DNA of 27,214 bases from Candidatus Methylomirabilia bacterium (GCA_041496385.1 JBGQEL010000053.1:1-27214); one strand, 5' to 3'. Shown: positions 1 to 8,854, numbered from the stretch's first letter. Numbers and translations are program-made. Notes: a model not told the origin generated them from the sequence alone.

Positions 1-1609
1 CACGGCCGCGACCACGGTGACGGCGACCTTCACGCTGGCGACGTTCACGCTGACGGTGTCCAAGAGTGGTACCGGGAGCGGGACCGTCACCAGCGCGCCG
101 GCGGGGATCAGCTGCGGCGCCACGTGCGCGGGGAGCTATACGAGCGGCACGGCGGTGACGCTGACCGGCAGCGCGGCGACGGGTTCGACGTTCACGGGCT
201 GGAGCGGCGGAGGCTGCAGCGGGACGGGAACGTGCGTGGTGACGCTCACGGCCGCGACCACGGTGACGGCGACCTTCACGCTGCCGACGTTCACGCTGAC
301 GGTATCCAAGACCGGTCCCGGGACGGGGACGGTCACGAGCGCCCCGGCGGGGATCAACTGTGGTGCCACGTGCGCGGGGAGCTACACGAGTGGCACGGCG
401 GTGACGTTGACGGCCAGCGCGGCGACGGGCTCGACGTTCACGGGGTGGAGCGGCGGCGGGTGCAGCGGAACGGGAACCTGCGTGGTGACGGTGAGCGCGG
501 CGACCGCGGTGACGGCCAGCTTTGGCCTGCAGAGCTTCTCGCTGACGGTGAGTAAGAGCGGCGCCGGGACGGGGACCGTCACCAGCGCGCCGGCGGGGAT
601 CAATTGCGGCGCCACGTGCGCGGGGAGCTACACGAGCGGCACGGCGGTGACGTTGACGGCCAGTGCGGCGACGGGCTCGGCGTTCACGGGGTGGAGCGGC
701 GGCGGGTGCAGCGGGACGGGGACCTGCGTCGTGACGCTCGCGGCCGCGACGACGGTGACGGCGACCTTCGTGCTCCCGACGTTCACGCTGACGCTCACGA
801 AGAGCGGCACCGGGACGGGGACGGTCACGAGCGCGCCGGCGGGGATCAACTGCGGCGCCACGTGCGCGGGGAGCTACACGAGCGGCACCACCGTCACACT
901 GACGGCCAACCCGGCAGCGAATGCCGTCTTCGCCGGCTGGAGCGGCGGCGCCTGCAGCGGAACCGGCACGTGCGTCACGGTCCTGACATCGAGCACCACG
1001 ATCACGGCGGTGTTCGCGCTGACGACCGATCCGAGCTTTGCGCTCACGGTCTCGATCACAGGATCGGCGGGCGGTACGGTGCCCAGCAGCCCGGCGGGGA
1101 TCAACTGCGGATCGAGCTGCTCGGGCTCCTACCGCAAGGGCACGCCGGTTCTGCTCACGGCGAACGCGGCGGGTGGAGCCGTCTTCAAGACATGGGCCGG
1201 CGCCTGCGCCGGGACCGCCCCGACCTGCACCGTCACGATGGACGCGGCGAAGTCGGCGATCGCGGTCTTCTCACAGACGTTCACCGACGGGACCGGGCCG
1301 AATTCGACCATCACCGCCCAGAGCGTGGTCGTCAAGTCCGTCTATGTCCAGGAGCTCCGCTCCGCCGTCAACACGCTGCGGGCGCGAAACAATCTGGCGG
1401 CGTTCGGCTGGACCGACCCGACCATCGGGATCGGCATGATGGTGAAGCGTGTCCACTTCGCCGAGCTGCGGGTTGCGGTGACCCAGGCCTACGCGGCGGC
1501 GGGCCGCGCGGCGCCGGCGTTCACCGACTCGACGATCACCCCTGGCGTGACGGTCATCAAGGCGGTCCACCTGAACGAGCTGCGCGACGCCGTGCGCAAT
1601 CTGGAGTAA
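1..1609 (+). CDS. Surface/secreted repeat protein, 5'-truncated by the window edge; tandem divergent InlB B-repeat-like (Flg_new_2-type) domains plus C-terminal triple-motif domain
   Basis: Frame is open from the window start to TAA at 1607-1609. Units FTLTVSKSGxGxGTVTSAPAGIxCGATC...FTGWSGGGCSGTGTCVVT...VTATF are typical of this beta-grasp repeat family. Thr/Gly/Ser-rich. Confidence 0.85.
   Translation, partial: TAATTVTATFTLATFTLTVSKSGTGSGTVTSAPAGISCGATCAGSYTSGTAVTLTGSAATGSTFTGWSGGGCSGTGTCVVTLTAATTVTATFTLPTFTLTVSKTGPGTGTVTSAPAGINCGATCAGSYTSGTAVTLTASAATGSTFTGWSGGGCSGTGTCVVTVSAATAVTASFGLQSFSLTVSKSGAGTGTVTSAPAGINCGATCAGSYTSGTAVTLTASAATGSAFTGWSGGGCSGTGTCVVTLAAATTVTATFVLPTFTLTLTKSGTGTGTVTSAPAGINCGATCAGSYTSGTTVTLTANPAANAVFAGWSGGACSGTGTCVTVLTSSTTITAVFALTTDPSFALTVSITGSAGGTVPSSPAGINCGSSCSGSYRKGTPVLLTANAAGGAVFKTWAGACAGTAPTCTVTMDAAKSAIAVFSQTFTDGTGPNSTITAQSVVVKSVYVQELRSAVNTLRARNNLAAFGWTDPTIGIGMMVKRVHFAELRVAVTQAYAAAGRAAPAFTDSTITPGVTVIKAVHLNELRDAVRNLE
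44..1270 (+). repeat. Intragenic tandem repeat, 246-bp (82-aa) period
   Basis: Units start at 44, 290, 536 and 782 (exact 246-bp spacing, near-identical DNA). A diverged fifth unit starts at 1037, and the window opens in the tail of an earlier unit. Confidence 0.95.
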
Positions 1610-1707
1610 GGCGCTCCCAGTCCTCCCGCGAGACGCCTCCTCGGGTTCGTAATACACTCTGGTCGGGCGGGACCCGGACACCGGATCGGCCCCCAGGGGG
1701 TAGCCTC

Positions 1708-2922
1708 GTGAAGATCACCGGCATCGAGACGTTCGTCGTGGACGCGGGCTGGCGCCCCTGGCAGTTCGTCGCGGTCCGGACCGACGAGGGTCTCACCGGC
1801 TACGGCGAGTGCTCCGAAGGGCGGAACCCGTACGGCGTCGTGTGGACGATCCGCGACTTCGAGCCGATCCTGCTCGGCCAGGATCCGCGTCCCGTCGAGA
1901 TGCGCTACTGGGACATGTATCGCGCGGCCCGCCAGAGCCCGGGCGGAATCGCAGCCAAGGCCATCGCCGGCATCGAGCTGGCGCTCTGGGACATCAAGGC
2001 CAAGGCGCTCGGCGTGCCCGTCTACGAGCTGTTCGGCGGACCGCTCCGCGAGCGGCAGCTCGTCTACTGGTCGCACTGCGGCACGTCGCGGGCCACCAAC
2101 GCCGCCCTGATCGGCGTTCCGCCCATCCGCGCCCTGGAGGACATCGGGCGGCTCGGCGAGGAAGTCGTGCGCCGGGGCTTCCGCGCCTTGAAGACGAACA
2201 TCATCTTCCCCGGCGATCCCGCGCGGGTCTACTTCCCGGGATTCGGCGGCGGCCCGGGCACGACGGACCAAAACGTCACGCCCGAGATGATCGGCCACAT
2301 CGAGCGACAGCTCGGCGCGTTCCGGCGCGCGATCGGCCCAAACGTCGGCCTGGCGCTCGACCTGAACTTCAACTTCAAGCCGGAGGCGGCGCGGCGGATC
2401 TGCCGGGCGCTCGAAGGGCTCGGGATGATGTGGGTGGAGATGGACATGTACGACGAGCGCGCGCTCCGCGAGGTCAAGGACGCGACCTCGATCCCGATCT
2501 GCTCGGGCGAGAACCTCTACGGCCTCCGCGGCTATCGCCCGTACTTCGAGGCGCGCGCCATGGACGTCGTGATGATCGACGTGCCCTGGAACGGATTCGC
2601 CGCGTCGAAGCGGGTCGCCGACCTCGCCGAGAGCTACGAGCTCAACGTGGCGCCGCACAACTACTACAGCCATCTCGCGACGCTCCACGCGGCGCACCTG
2701 TGCGCGTGCGTGCCGAACGTCCGGATCATGGAGATCGACATCGACGACGTGCCGTGGAAGGACGAACTGGTGGACCACCCGCCCCTGATCGAAGGGGGTG
2801 AGCTGGTGATCCCGTCACGCCCCGGCTGGGGCGCCGAGCTCGACGAGGCGGTGGCGCGCAAGCACCCGTGGGAGGCCGGACGCCTGCCCGGCTATTCGGA
2901 TCCGACGATGTACCGGCGATGA
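1708..2922 (+). CDS. Mandelate racemase/muconate lactonizing enzyme family protein (enolase superfamily)
   Basis: GTG at 1708 after AGGGGG. MKITGIETF, VRTDEGLTGYGE, AIAGIELALWDIKAKALGVPVYELFGG, metal ligands in ALDLN/WVEMD/GEN, APHN, MEID, P.RPGWG. Confidence 0.93.
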   Translation: MKITGIETFVVDAGWRPWQFVAVRTDEGLTGYGECSEGRNPYGVVWTIRDFEPILLGQDPRPVEMRYWDMYRAARQSPGGIAAKAIAGIELALWDIKAKALGVPVYELFGGPLRERQLVYWSHCGTSRATNAALIGVPPIRALEDIGRLGEEVVRRGFRALKTNIIFPGDPARVYFPGFGGGPGTTDQNVTPEMIGHIERQLGAFRRAIGPNVGLALDLNFNFKPEAARRICRALEGLGMMWVEMDMYDERALREVKDATSIPICSGENLYGLRGYRPYFEARAMDVVMIDVPWNGFAASKRVADLAESYELNVAPHNYYSHLATLHAAHLCACVPNVRIMEIDIDDVPWKDELVDHPPLIEGGELVIPSRPGWGAELDEAVARKHPWEAGRLPGYSDPTMYRR

Positions 2923-2971
2923 CCGCGCCGGCGCTCCCGCGCCGGACGGCGGCGAGAGACGAGGAGACCCG

Positions 2972-3169
2972 ATGAGCGACCCGCGAGAGCTGACGATCGA
3001 AGAGCTGCGCGCGCGCATGCGCGCGGCAGGCGTCACGATCACCGAGAACCGGCTCGCCATGGTGCGAAAGCTGCTGGGCGACGCGCTCGTCGCGGTGCGC
3101 GCGCTGGACTCGCGCGACGTGAAGACGCTCGAGCCCGCGGTGCGGTTCGCGCCGGAGCGCCCGGCATGA
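2972..3169 (+). CDS. Small 65-aa protein, probable amidase partner subunit (GatC/AtzG-like)
   Basis: GAGGAG ribosome site, ATGA overlap with the amidase start, helical pattern ending EPAVRF. Confidence 0.7.
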   Translation: MSDPRELTIEELRARMRAAGVTITENRLAMVRKLLGDALVAVRALDSRDVKTLEPAVRFAPERPA

Positions 3170-4554
3170 GCGACGAGATCGCGTACGCGACCATCCGCGG
3201 GCTCGGCGCGCGCTACCGGAAGCGGGAGCTGTCGCCCGTCGAGGTGACGCGCGCGTTGCTGGCCCGGATCGAGAAGCTCGACCCCACGCTCCACGCCTTC
3301 GTCACGCTCACCGCCGATCGCGCGCTGGCCGACGCGCGCGCCGCCGAGGAGGCGCTGCGCCGCGGCGACGCGCGCCCGCTGCTCGGCATTCCCGTCGCCC
3401 ACAAGGACATCTACCTCACGCGCGGCATCCGGACGACCGGCGGCTCCGCGCTTCTCGCCGACTGGATCCCCGAGGAGGACGCCACCTGCGTGCGACGCTG
3501 GCAGGAGGCCGGCACCGTGCTCCTCGGCAAGCTGATCACCCACGAGTTCGCCTTCGGCATCCAGTTCCCGGGCCACCGTTTTCAGCCGGCCCGCAATCCG
3601 TGGAACCTCGAGCACATCCCGGGCGGCTCGAGCAGCGGCTCGGGAGCCGCCCTCGCGACCGGCCTCGTCGCCGGCGCCACGGGCTCGGACACCGGCGGCT
3701 CGATCCGCGGGCCGGCCGCCTTCTGCGGGATCGTCGGACTCAAGCCGACGTACGGCCGCGTGAGCCGCGCGGGCGTGCTCACGCTCTCCTGGACGCTCGA
3801 CCACACGGGCCCGATGGCGCGCACGGTGGAGGACTGCGCGTACCTGCTCCAGGCGATGGCCGGCCACGATCCCGCCGACCCGGCCTCGAGCCAGGCCCCG
3901 GTCGGCGACTACCTGACGCCGCTCCGGCGCGACCTCCGCGGCGTGCGGATCGGCGTGCCGCGCGCGTACTTCTTCGAGGGGGTCGATGGTGAGGTCACGG
4001 ATGCGTTCGAGGCGGCGCTCGGCACGCTGCGCGGGCTGGGCGCGGAGGTGCGCGACGTCGAGATCCCGAGCATGCACGCGGCCCCCTCGTTCCTGCTGAT
4101 CCTCATGGCCGAGGCCTTCGCCTACCACGAGCGCGACATCCGCGAGCACCCGGAGCTCTACGGCGACGTGCTGCGCGAGCGCATCCTCGCGGGCGCGCTC
4201 GTGACGGCGGCCGAGTACACGCAGGCGCAGCGGATCCGCGCGCGGATCTGCCACGAGACGGCGGACGCCTTGACGACCGTCGACGTGCTCGCCACGCCGA
4301 CGACGCCGAAGCCGGCGACGCCCTTCAAGGTGGCGTACGATCCCGAGCTCGCCTTCCCCCGGAGCAACATGGCTCCCTTCAACCTGACGGGGTTGCCGAC
4401 GCTCGCGCTGCCCTGCGGCTTCTCGTCGTCAGGGCTCCCGCTGTCCTTGCAGCTCTCCGGCCGGGCGTTCGAGGAGGCGACGGTGCTGGGGGTCGGTCAC
4501 GCCTTCGAGCAGGTCACGTCGTGGCATACGCGCCGGCCGCCCCTGGCTCACTGA
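3166..4554 (+). CDS. Amidase signature (AS) family amidase
   Basis: PLLGIPVAHKD (Lys), PGGSSSGS, GSDTGGSIRGPAAFCGIVGLKPTYGRVS catalytic motifs. Confidence 0.95.
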   Translation: MSDEIAYATIRGLGARYRKRELSPVEVTRALLARIEKLDPTLHAFVTLTADRALADARAAEEALRRGDARPLLGIPVAHKDIYLTRGIRTTGGSALLADWIPEEDATCVRRWQEAGTVLLGKLITHEFAFGIQFPGHRFQPARNPWNLEHIPGGSSSGSGAALATGLVAGATGSDTGGSIRGPAAFCGIVGLKPTYGRVSRAGVLTLSWTLDHTGPMARTVEDCAYLLQAMAGHDPADPASSQAPVGDYLTPLRRDLRGVRIGVPRAYFFEGVDGEVTDAFEAALGTLRGLGAEVRDVEIPSMHAAPSFLLILMAEAFAYHERDIREHPELYGDVLRERILAGALVTAAEYTQAQRIRARICHETADALTTVDVLATPTTPKPATPFKVAYDPELAFPRSNMAPFNLTGLPTLALPCGFSSSGLPLSLQLSGRAFEEATVLGVGHAFEQVTSWHTRRPPLAH

Positions 4555-4596
4555 GCCGTCGCGCCACCGGACGCGGGCGGTGAGGATCGCGACGCC

Positions 4597-5598
4597 GTGC
4601 TGAACGTGCTGGTGACGATGCGTTTCACCGAGGCCCAGCTCGCACGGCTGCGCGCGGTCTCGCCGGAGCTGCGCGTGACGCGCGACGATCCGGAGGTCGC
4701 GGACTACGCGCGCACGGACGTGCTCTACGCCGGCTCGCCGCCGCGCGACCTGGCGCGTGCGCCGAACCTCAAGTGGACGCAGCTGCATCTGGCCGGCGTG
4801 AACGGGCTCCACGATCACCCGATCTACGCGAGCAGCGCCATTTCGCTGACGACGACGAGCGGCGTGCACGCGGCGACGATCGCCGAATACGCGCTCACGG
4901 TCCTGCTCGCGCTGGCGCATCGCGTGCCGCGCATGGTCGAGTGGCAGGCCAGGGGCACCTGGCCCCCCGACGCGGAGCGGTGGCCCCTGTTCGTGCCGAC
5001 CGAGGTGCGGGGGGCGACGCTCGGCATCGTCGGCTACGGCAGCATCGGGCGCGAGCTCGCGCGCATCGCGAAGGCGGCATTCGTCATGACGGTGCTCGCG
5101 TGCAAGCGCGACCCGGCGCAGCGGCGCGACACGGGCTACCACCTGCCGGGCACCGGCGACCCTGACGGCGCGCTGCCGGACGCGTGGTTCCCGCGCGAGA
5201 AGCTCTCCGAGCTGCTGGCGCGGTCCGATGTCGTCGTGATGTGCGCGCCGCTCACCCGCGAGACGCATCACTTGATCGGCGCGCGCGAGCTCGACGCGAT
5301 GAAGCCGTCGGCCTACTTCATCAACGTCGGCCGCGGGGCCACGGTCGACGAGGGCGCGCTGGCCAGGGCGCTGGCCGAGAAGCGAATCGCGGGCGCGGCG
5401 ATCGATGTCTTCGCGCAGGAGCCGCCGCCCGCCGGCCACCCGCTCTACGCGCTGGACAACGTCATCCTGTCGCCGCACGTGTCCGGTTTCATTCCGAGCT
5501 ACGACGACAAGTGCTCGGAGCTGTTCGCCGAGAACCTGCGTCGCTACCTGGCGGGCGCGCCTCTGCTCAATCTGGTCGACCGCGCGAAGGGATACTGA
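4597..5598 (+). CDS. D-2-hydroxyacid dehydrogenase (NAD-binding)
   Basis: GIVGYGSIG Rossmann motif, FINVGRG, DVFAQEP, SPHVSG. Confidence 0.93.
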   Translation: MLNVLVTMRFTEAQLARLRAVSPELRVTRDDPEVADYARTDVLYAGSPPRDLARAPNLKWTQLHLAGVNGLHDHPIYASSAISLTTTSGVHAATIAEYALTVLLALAHRVPRMVEWQARGTWPPDAERWPLFVPTEVRGATLGIVGYGSIGRELARIAKAAFVMTVLACKRDPAQRRDTGYHLPGTGDPDGALPDAWFPREKLSELLARSDVVVMCAPLTRETHHLIGARELDAMKPSAYFINVGRGATVDEGALARALAEKRIAGAAIDVFAQEPPPAGHPLYALDNVILSPHVSGFIPSYDDKCSELFAENLRRYLAGAPLLNLVDRAKGY

Positions 5599-5616
5599 AG
5601 GGCGGGGCGCTGACTG

Positions 5617-6423
5617 CTAGCTGCTCGGGGCGATCGAGCGTGCGACGGAGGCGCGATACCCGAGCGTCTGCAGGCCCTGGAGCGTGGCCGACACCTCCGC
5701 GTCGTCGGTGAGCGGACCCACCCGCACGCGCAGCTCCGCGCGATGTCCGGCGCCGAGAGTGACCGAGTCGATCGACACCGGGAAGTTCTGCTCGAGGAGC
5801 CGGCTCGCCACGCTCCCGGCGGCGTCCGCGTTCTCGAAGACGCCGACCTCGACCCAGTGGCCCGGCCCGCTTTCGGGCCGCGGCGCCGCCGCGACGGCGA
5901 TCGTCGTCGCCTGTGAGCCCCCGGTGCCGTCCGCGCCGAGCAGCTCGATGGACGTCGCCAGGCGGATGTTCTCGCGGACCTCGTAGGACACGCGAACCGG
6001 CGTGTTCTTTGCGAGGTCGCGGATGCCGCCCTGCTTGTCGCCGACCACGATCCGCGTGTCACCGGTCACGGCCAGCGGGACGGCGCGCAGTCCGAGGAGG
6101 CTGGCGGTGACGAGGATGGTGCCCGTGTCGGGATCGACCTGCCACACGGAGCCCACCGTCTCCCCGGTGAGCCGGCCATTTTCGAGGACGAGCGAGGCGT
6201 CTGGATCCGACGGCCAGACGAGCGGCGACAGCACCGCCACGGCCACCGCGAGCAGCGCGACGCCCAGCGTCGCGCCGCCGAGCTTCAGGAGGAGCCGGAG
6301 AACTCCACGGCTTCGGCTCTGAGGGTACTCACCGCCGCGGCGGCCGGGCTCTCTCCTGGTGCGCGCGCTCTCGAGGAGCGCCTCGACCTGGCTGCGAGCC
6401 CGAAGGGTGTTCTGGTCGATCAC
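5617..6423 (-). CDS. Membrane-anchored SPOR-domain protein with a DUF5666-like beta domain (start uncertain: GTG 6423 or TTG 6468)
   Basis: TM segment LGVALLAVAVAVLSPLVW. C-terminal WVEVGVFENADAAGSVASRL...LRVRVGP...LQTLGY is a SPOR pattern. The N-module is paralogous to 18211-18951. Confidence 0.75.
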   Translation of the reverse strand: MIDQNTLRARSQVEALLESARTRREPGRRGGEYPQSRSRGVLRLLLKLGGATLGVALLAVAVAVLSPLVWPSDPDASLVLENGRLTGETVGSVWQVDPDTGTILVTASLLGLRAVPLAVTGDTRIVVGDKQGGIRDLAKNTPVRVSYEVRENIRLATSIELLGADGTGGSQATTIAVAAAPRPESGPGHWVEVGVFENADAAGSVASRLLEQNFPVSIDSVTLGAGHRAELRVRVGPLTDDAEVSATLQGLQTLGYRASVARSIAPSS

Positions 6424-6555
6424 GCGTCTCTGCGTCGCAAATCGGATACCAGATCCGACCGGGTCCAAACGGTCGACAATGCGGGACTTCGAATTCCGGA
6501 CAACCGGACAGGGAGCCGCGGGCGGCTGGTTCCTGAGCAGGTGGTTCCTGACCGG

Positions 6556-8271
6556 TCAGGATCGCCGCGCGAGGGGCCCGCGAAGCAGCCGTCCGGGAAG
6601 CGCCCCGGTGGGCTTGCCGTCGCGCAGCACGACCTCGCCGTTCACGACGGTCGCGACGAAGCCGCGGGCGCGCTGCACCAGGCGCCGGGCACCCGCCGGG
6701 AGATCGTTCGCGACCTCCGGCATCTCGGGCGCGACCGTCTCGGGATCGAAGACGATGAGGTCGGCGGCCAGACCCTCGCGGATGAGGCCGCGATCGGTGA
6801 AGCCCCAGTGCGTCGCCGGCTCGAAGCTCAGCATGCGGACGGCCTGTTCGAGCGTGAACGCCTGCTTCCGTCGCACCCAGTGGCTGAGCAGGTGCGTCTG
6901 GAGCGAGGCGTCCATGATCTGCGAGACGTGTGCGCCGGAGTCCGAGAAGGTGACGACCGTACGCGGGTGCCGCATCAGCTCGAGCGCGTGGTCCTGGTTC
7001 TCGTTGGCGATGGGTTGCAGGAAGAATCGTTCCAGATTCGTCTCGAGCGCCAGGTCGATCATGGCCTCGACCGGGTCGCAGCCGCGCTCATGCGCGACGT
7101 CCGCCACCGAGCGGTGCGGCCCCTCCGCCGTGTCCATGACGAAGATCCACTCGTACGAGGCCCGCCGCGGCTCCGCCCCGATGGCGCGCCGCTCGTCGCG
7201 CTCGCGCGCGGCCTCCACGAGGCGACGGCGCAGCTCGGGATCGCGCAGTCGCTGCTGCTGCTCGGCCAGGGGCAGCGCGCGGAGCTCCTTCCACACCGGG
7301 AGCCGGTCGAAGGGCAGGTTGGTCCTGAACGAGAGCACGACCGCGAGCGCGCGGCTGTGCACCTGGGCGAACATACGGCCGCCGGCGGCCGCCGTCTCCT
7401 CGAGCAGATCGAGGTACACCCGCCAGACGTCGGGCGCCTCGCGCCGGCTGAAGAGACCCCACGTCACCGGACGCCCGGTCTCCACGGCGAGGTCGCGCAG
7501 GCGCACGTGGTACTCGCGCAGACCCGCGGCGTCGTCCGCGGTGCGCCCCACCGACTCGCCGGCCAGCTCGAAGATACCCGCGTTCATCTCGCCCATGACG
7601 GAGACGAGGCGCCGGACCTCGTCCCAGGTGGCGAGGCGGCTCGCCACGGGACGGCGGTCGGGCGTCTCGTGGCTCGGCGAGCGCGAGGTCGTGAAGCCGA
7701 CGGCGCCGGCGCGGATCGCGTCGCGGAGCTCGCGTTCCATCGCCCTGAGATCGTCCTCGCCGGCCGGCTTCTCGAACGCCCGCTCGCCCATCGCGAAGGT
7801 GCGCAGGGCCGAGTGGCCGACGTAGCCCGCGTAGTTGATGCCCTTCGGCAGCGACTCCACGCGGTCGAGGAACTCCGGGAACGTGGTCCACGTCCAGTCG
7901 ATGCCCGCGTCCATCGCCTCGGCTGCGATGTCCTCGGCGCGCTCGAGATTCCGCACGACCAGGTGCCGCTCCGACTTGCCGCAGGGAGCGAGCGTGAAGC
8001 CGCAGTTGCCCATCACGACGCTGGTCACGCCGTGCCAGCAGGAACAGGTGCCGAGCGGGTCCCAGAAGACCTGCGCGTCCATGTGGGTGTGCCCGTCGAC
8101 GAAGCCGGGCGCCACCACGTGGCCGTCGGCGTCGATGACCTCCCGCGCGCGCTCGCGAAGGCGACCGATCGCGGCGATGCGGCCGTGCCGCACGCCGACG
8201 TCGGCCCGGTACCGCGGCAGACCGGACCCATCGACCACCACGCCGTTCTTGATCAGCAGGTCGTACGGCAT
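6556..8271 (-). CDS. N-acyl-D-amino-acid deacylase family amidohydrolase
   Basis: YDLLIKNGVVVDGSG, APGFVDGHTHMD, GVTSVVMGNCG, SDSGAH, RGLIREGLAADLIVFDP. AAGGAGGAG ribosome site. Confidence 0.93.
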   Translation of the reverse strand: MPYDLLIKNGVVVDGSGLPRYRADVGVRHGRIAAIGRLRERAREVIDADGHVVAPGFVDGHTHMDAQVFWDPLGTCSCWHGVTSVVMGNCGFTLAPCGKSERHLVVRNLERAEDIAAEAMDAGIDWTWTTFPEFLDRVESLPKGINYAGYVGHSALRTFAMGERAFEKPAGEDDLRAMERELRDAIRAGAVGFTTSRSPSHETPDRRPVASRLATWDEVRRLVSVMGEMNAGIFELAGESVGRTADDAAGLREYHVRLRDLAVETGRPVTWGLFSRREAPDVWRVYLDLLEETAAAGGRMFAQVHSRALAVVLSFRTNLPFDRLPVWKELRALPLAEQQQRLRDPELRRRLVEAARERDERRAIGAEPRRASYEWIFVMDTAEGPHRSVADVAHERGCDPVEAMIDLALETNLERFFLQPIANENQDHALELMRHPRTVVTFSDSGAHVSQIMDASLQTHLLSHWVRRKQAFTLEQAVRMLSFEPATHWGFTDRGLIREGLAADLIVFDPETVAPEMPEVANDLPAGARRLVQRARGFVATVVNGEVVLRDGKPTGALPGRLLRGPLARRS

Positions 8272-8320
8272 CGCTCCTCCTTACCGGGCTCGGGCGAACG
8301 CGCTCAGCAGCGGTGCGGTG

Positions 8321-8349
8321 AGAGTAGCCCCTGGCCGTGGGGCAGTCAA
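8321..8349 (-). promoter_or_regulatory. Putative sigma70 promoter of the deacylase gene
   Basis: Minus strand TTGACT-N17-TACTCT about 50 bp upstream of the ATG. The spacer is itself an inverted repeat (GCCCC...GGGGC). Confidence 0.6.
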
Positions 8350-8381
8350 GAAAACGGGCGGGACGGGGCGGCGCACAACGT

Positions 8382-8413
8382 GAAACGGGGGAGGGCATCG
8401 AGCCCTCCCCCGT
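8382..8413 (-). terminator. Rho-independent terminator of the pilin gene
   Basis: Perfect 12-bp stem ACGGGGGAGGGC-TCGAT-GCCCTCCCCCGT followed by TT on the minus strand, about 25 bp after the pilin TAA. Confidence 0.8.
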
Positions 8414-8437
8414 CATCGCAGGACGTTTCCGCGATCG

Positions 8438-8854
8438 TTACGGCATCGAGACGGTCGTCGTGTCACCCACCGCGGAGATGTTGAAGGTCCCCGCCGCCGT
8501 GCTGCCCGCGTACGCGTAGCCACCGCTCGGAGTCCAGCCGGCCGGCACGCTCGGCAGCGACGCCATGAACGGGCCCGCCGACTGGTTCTGACCGTTGGTC
8601 GCGACCCCGGTCAGCAGGGCGAGCGACGTCGGGATGATGCCCATGTGGGCCGAGTAGATCGACACCGCGGACGCGAGCGCCCGCGCGTCGGCCTGGGCCT
8701 TGGCGACCCGCGCCCGCGCCTGCACGTTGGCGTAGAGCGGGATGGCGATGGCCGCCAGGATGCCGATGATCGCGACGACGATCATCAGCTCGATGAGAGT
8801 GAAGCCGCGCTGGTTGTTCGCCGCGAATCGTCTCTGGTTCCACCACCGGATCAT
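8438..8854 (-). CDS. pilA: Type IVa prepilin (major pilin-like)
   Basis: QRG|FTLIELMIVVAIIGILAAIAIP class III signal peptide with E5 and P22. ATG 8854 follows GGAGGGA. 17-aa leader, 121-aa mature protein. Confidence 0.88.
   Translation of the reverse strand: MIRWWNQRRFAANNQRGFTLIELMIVVAIIGILAAIAIPLYANVQARARVAKAQADARALASAVSIYSAHMGIIPTSLALLTGVATNGQNQSAGPFMASLPSVPAGWTPSGGYAYAGSTAAGTFNISAVGDTTTVSMP

Noticed and set aside
44..1270. Regular repeats as a possible CRISPR array or DGR template
   Set aside because: They are in-frame 246-bp coding repeats with no unique spacers, and no cas or reverse transcriptase gene is present.
604..1707. N-terminal extension of the 772-aa ORF
   Set aside because: Off-frame read-through of the repeat gene. 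Enolase homology begins at GTG 1708.
3166..4554. gatA of a gatCAB operon
   Set aside because: No gatB follows, the context is catabolic, and the sequence reads HEFAFG rather than the GatA-type DEFAMG.
8438..8854. Electrically conductive (e-pilin) candidate
   Set aside because: Only about 8 F/Y/W in 121 mature residues, position 27 is Val, and it is not a truncated Geobacter-type pilin.
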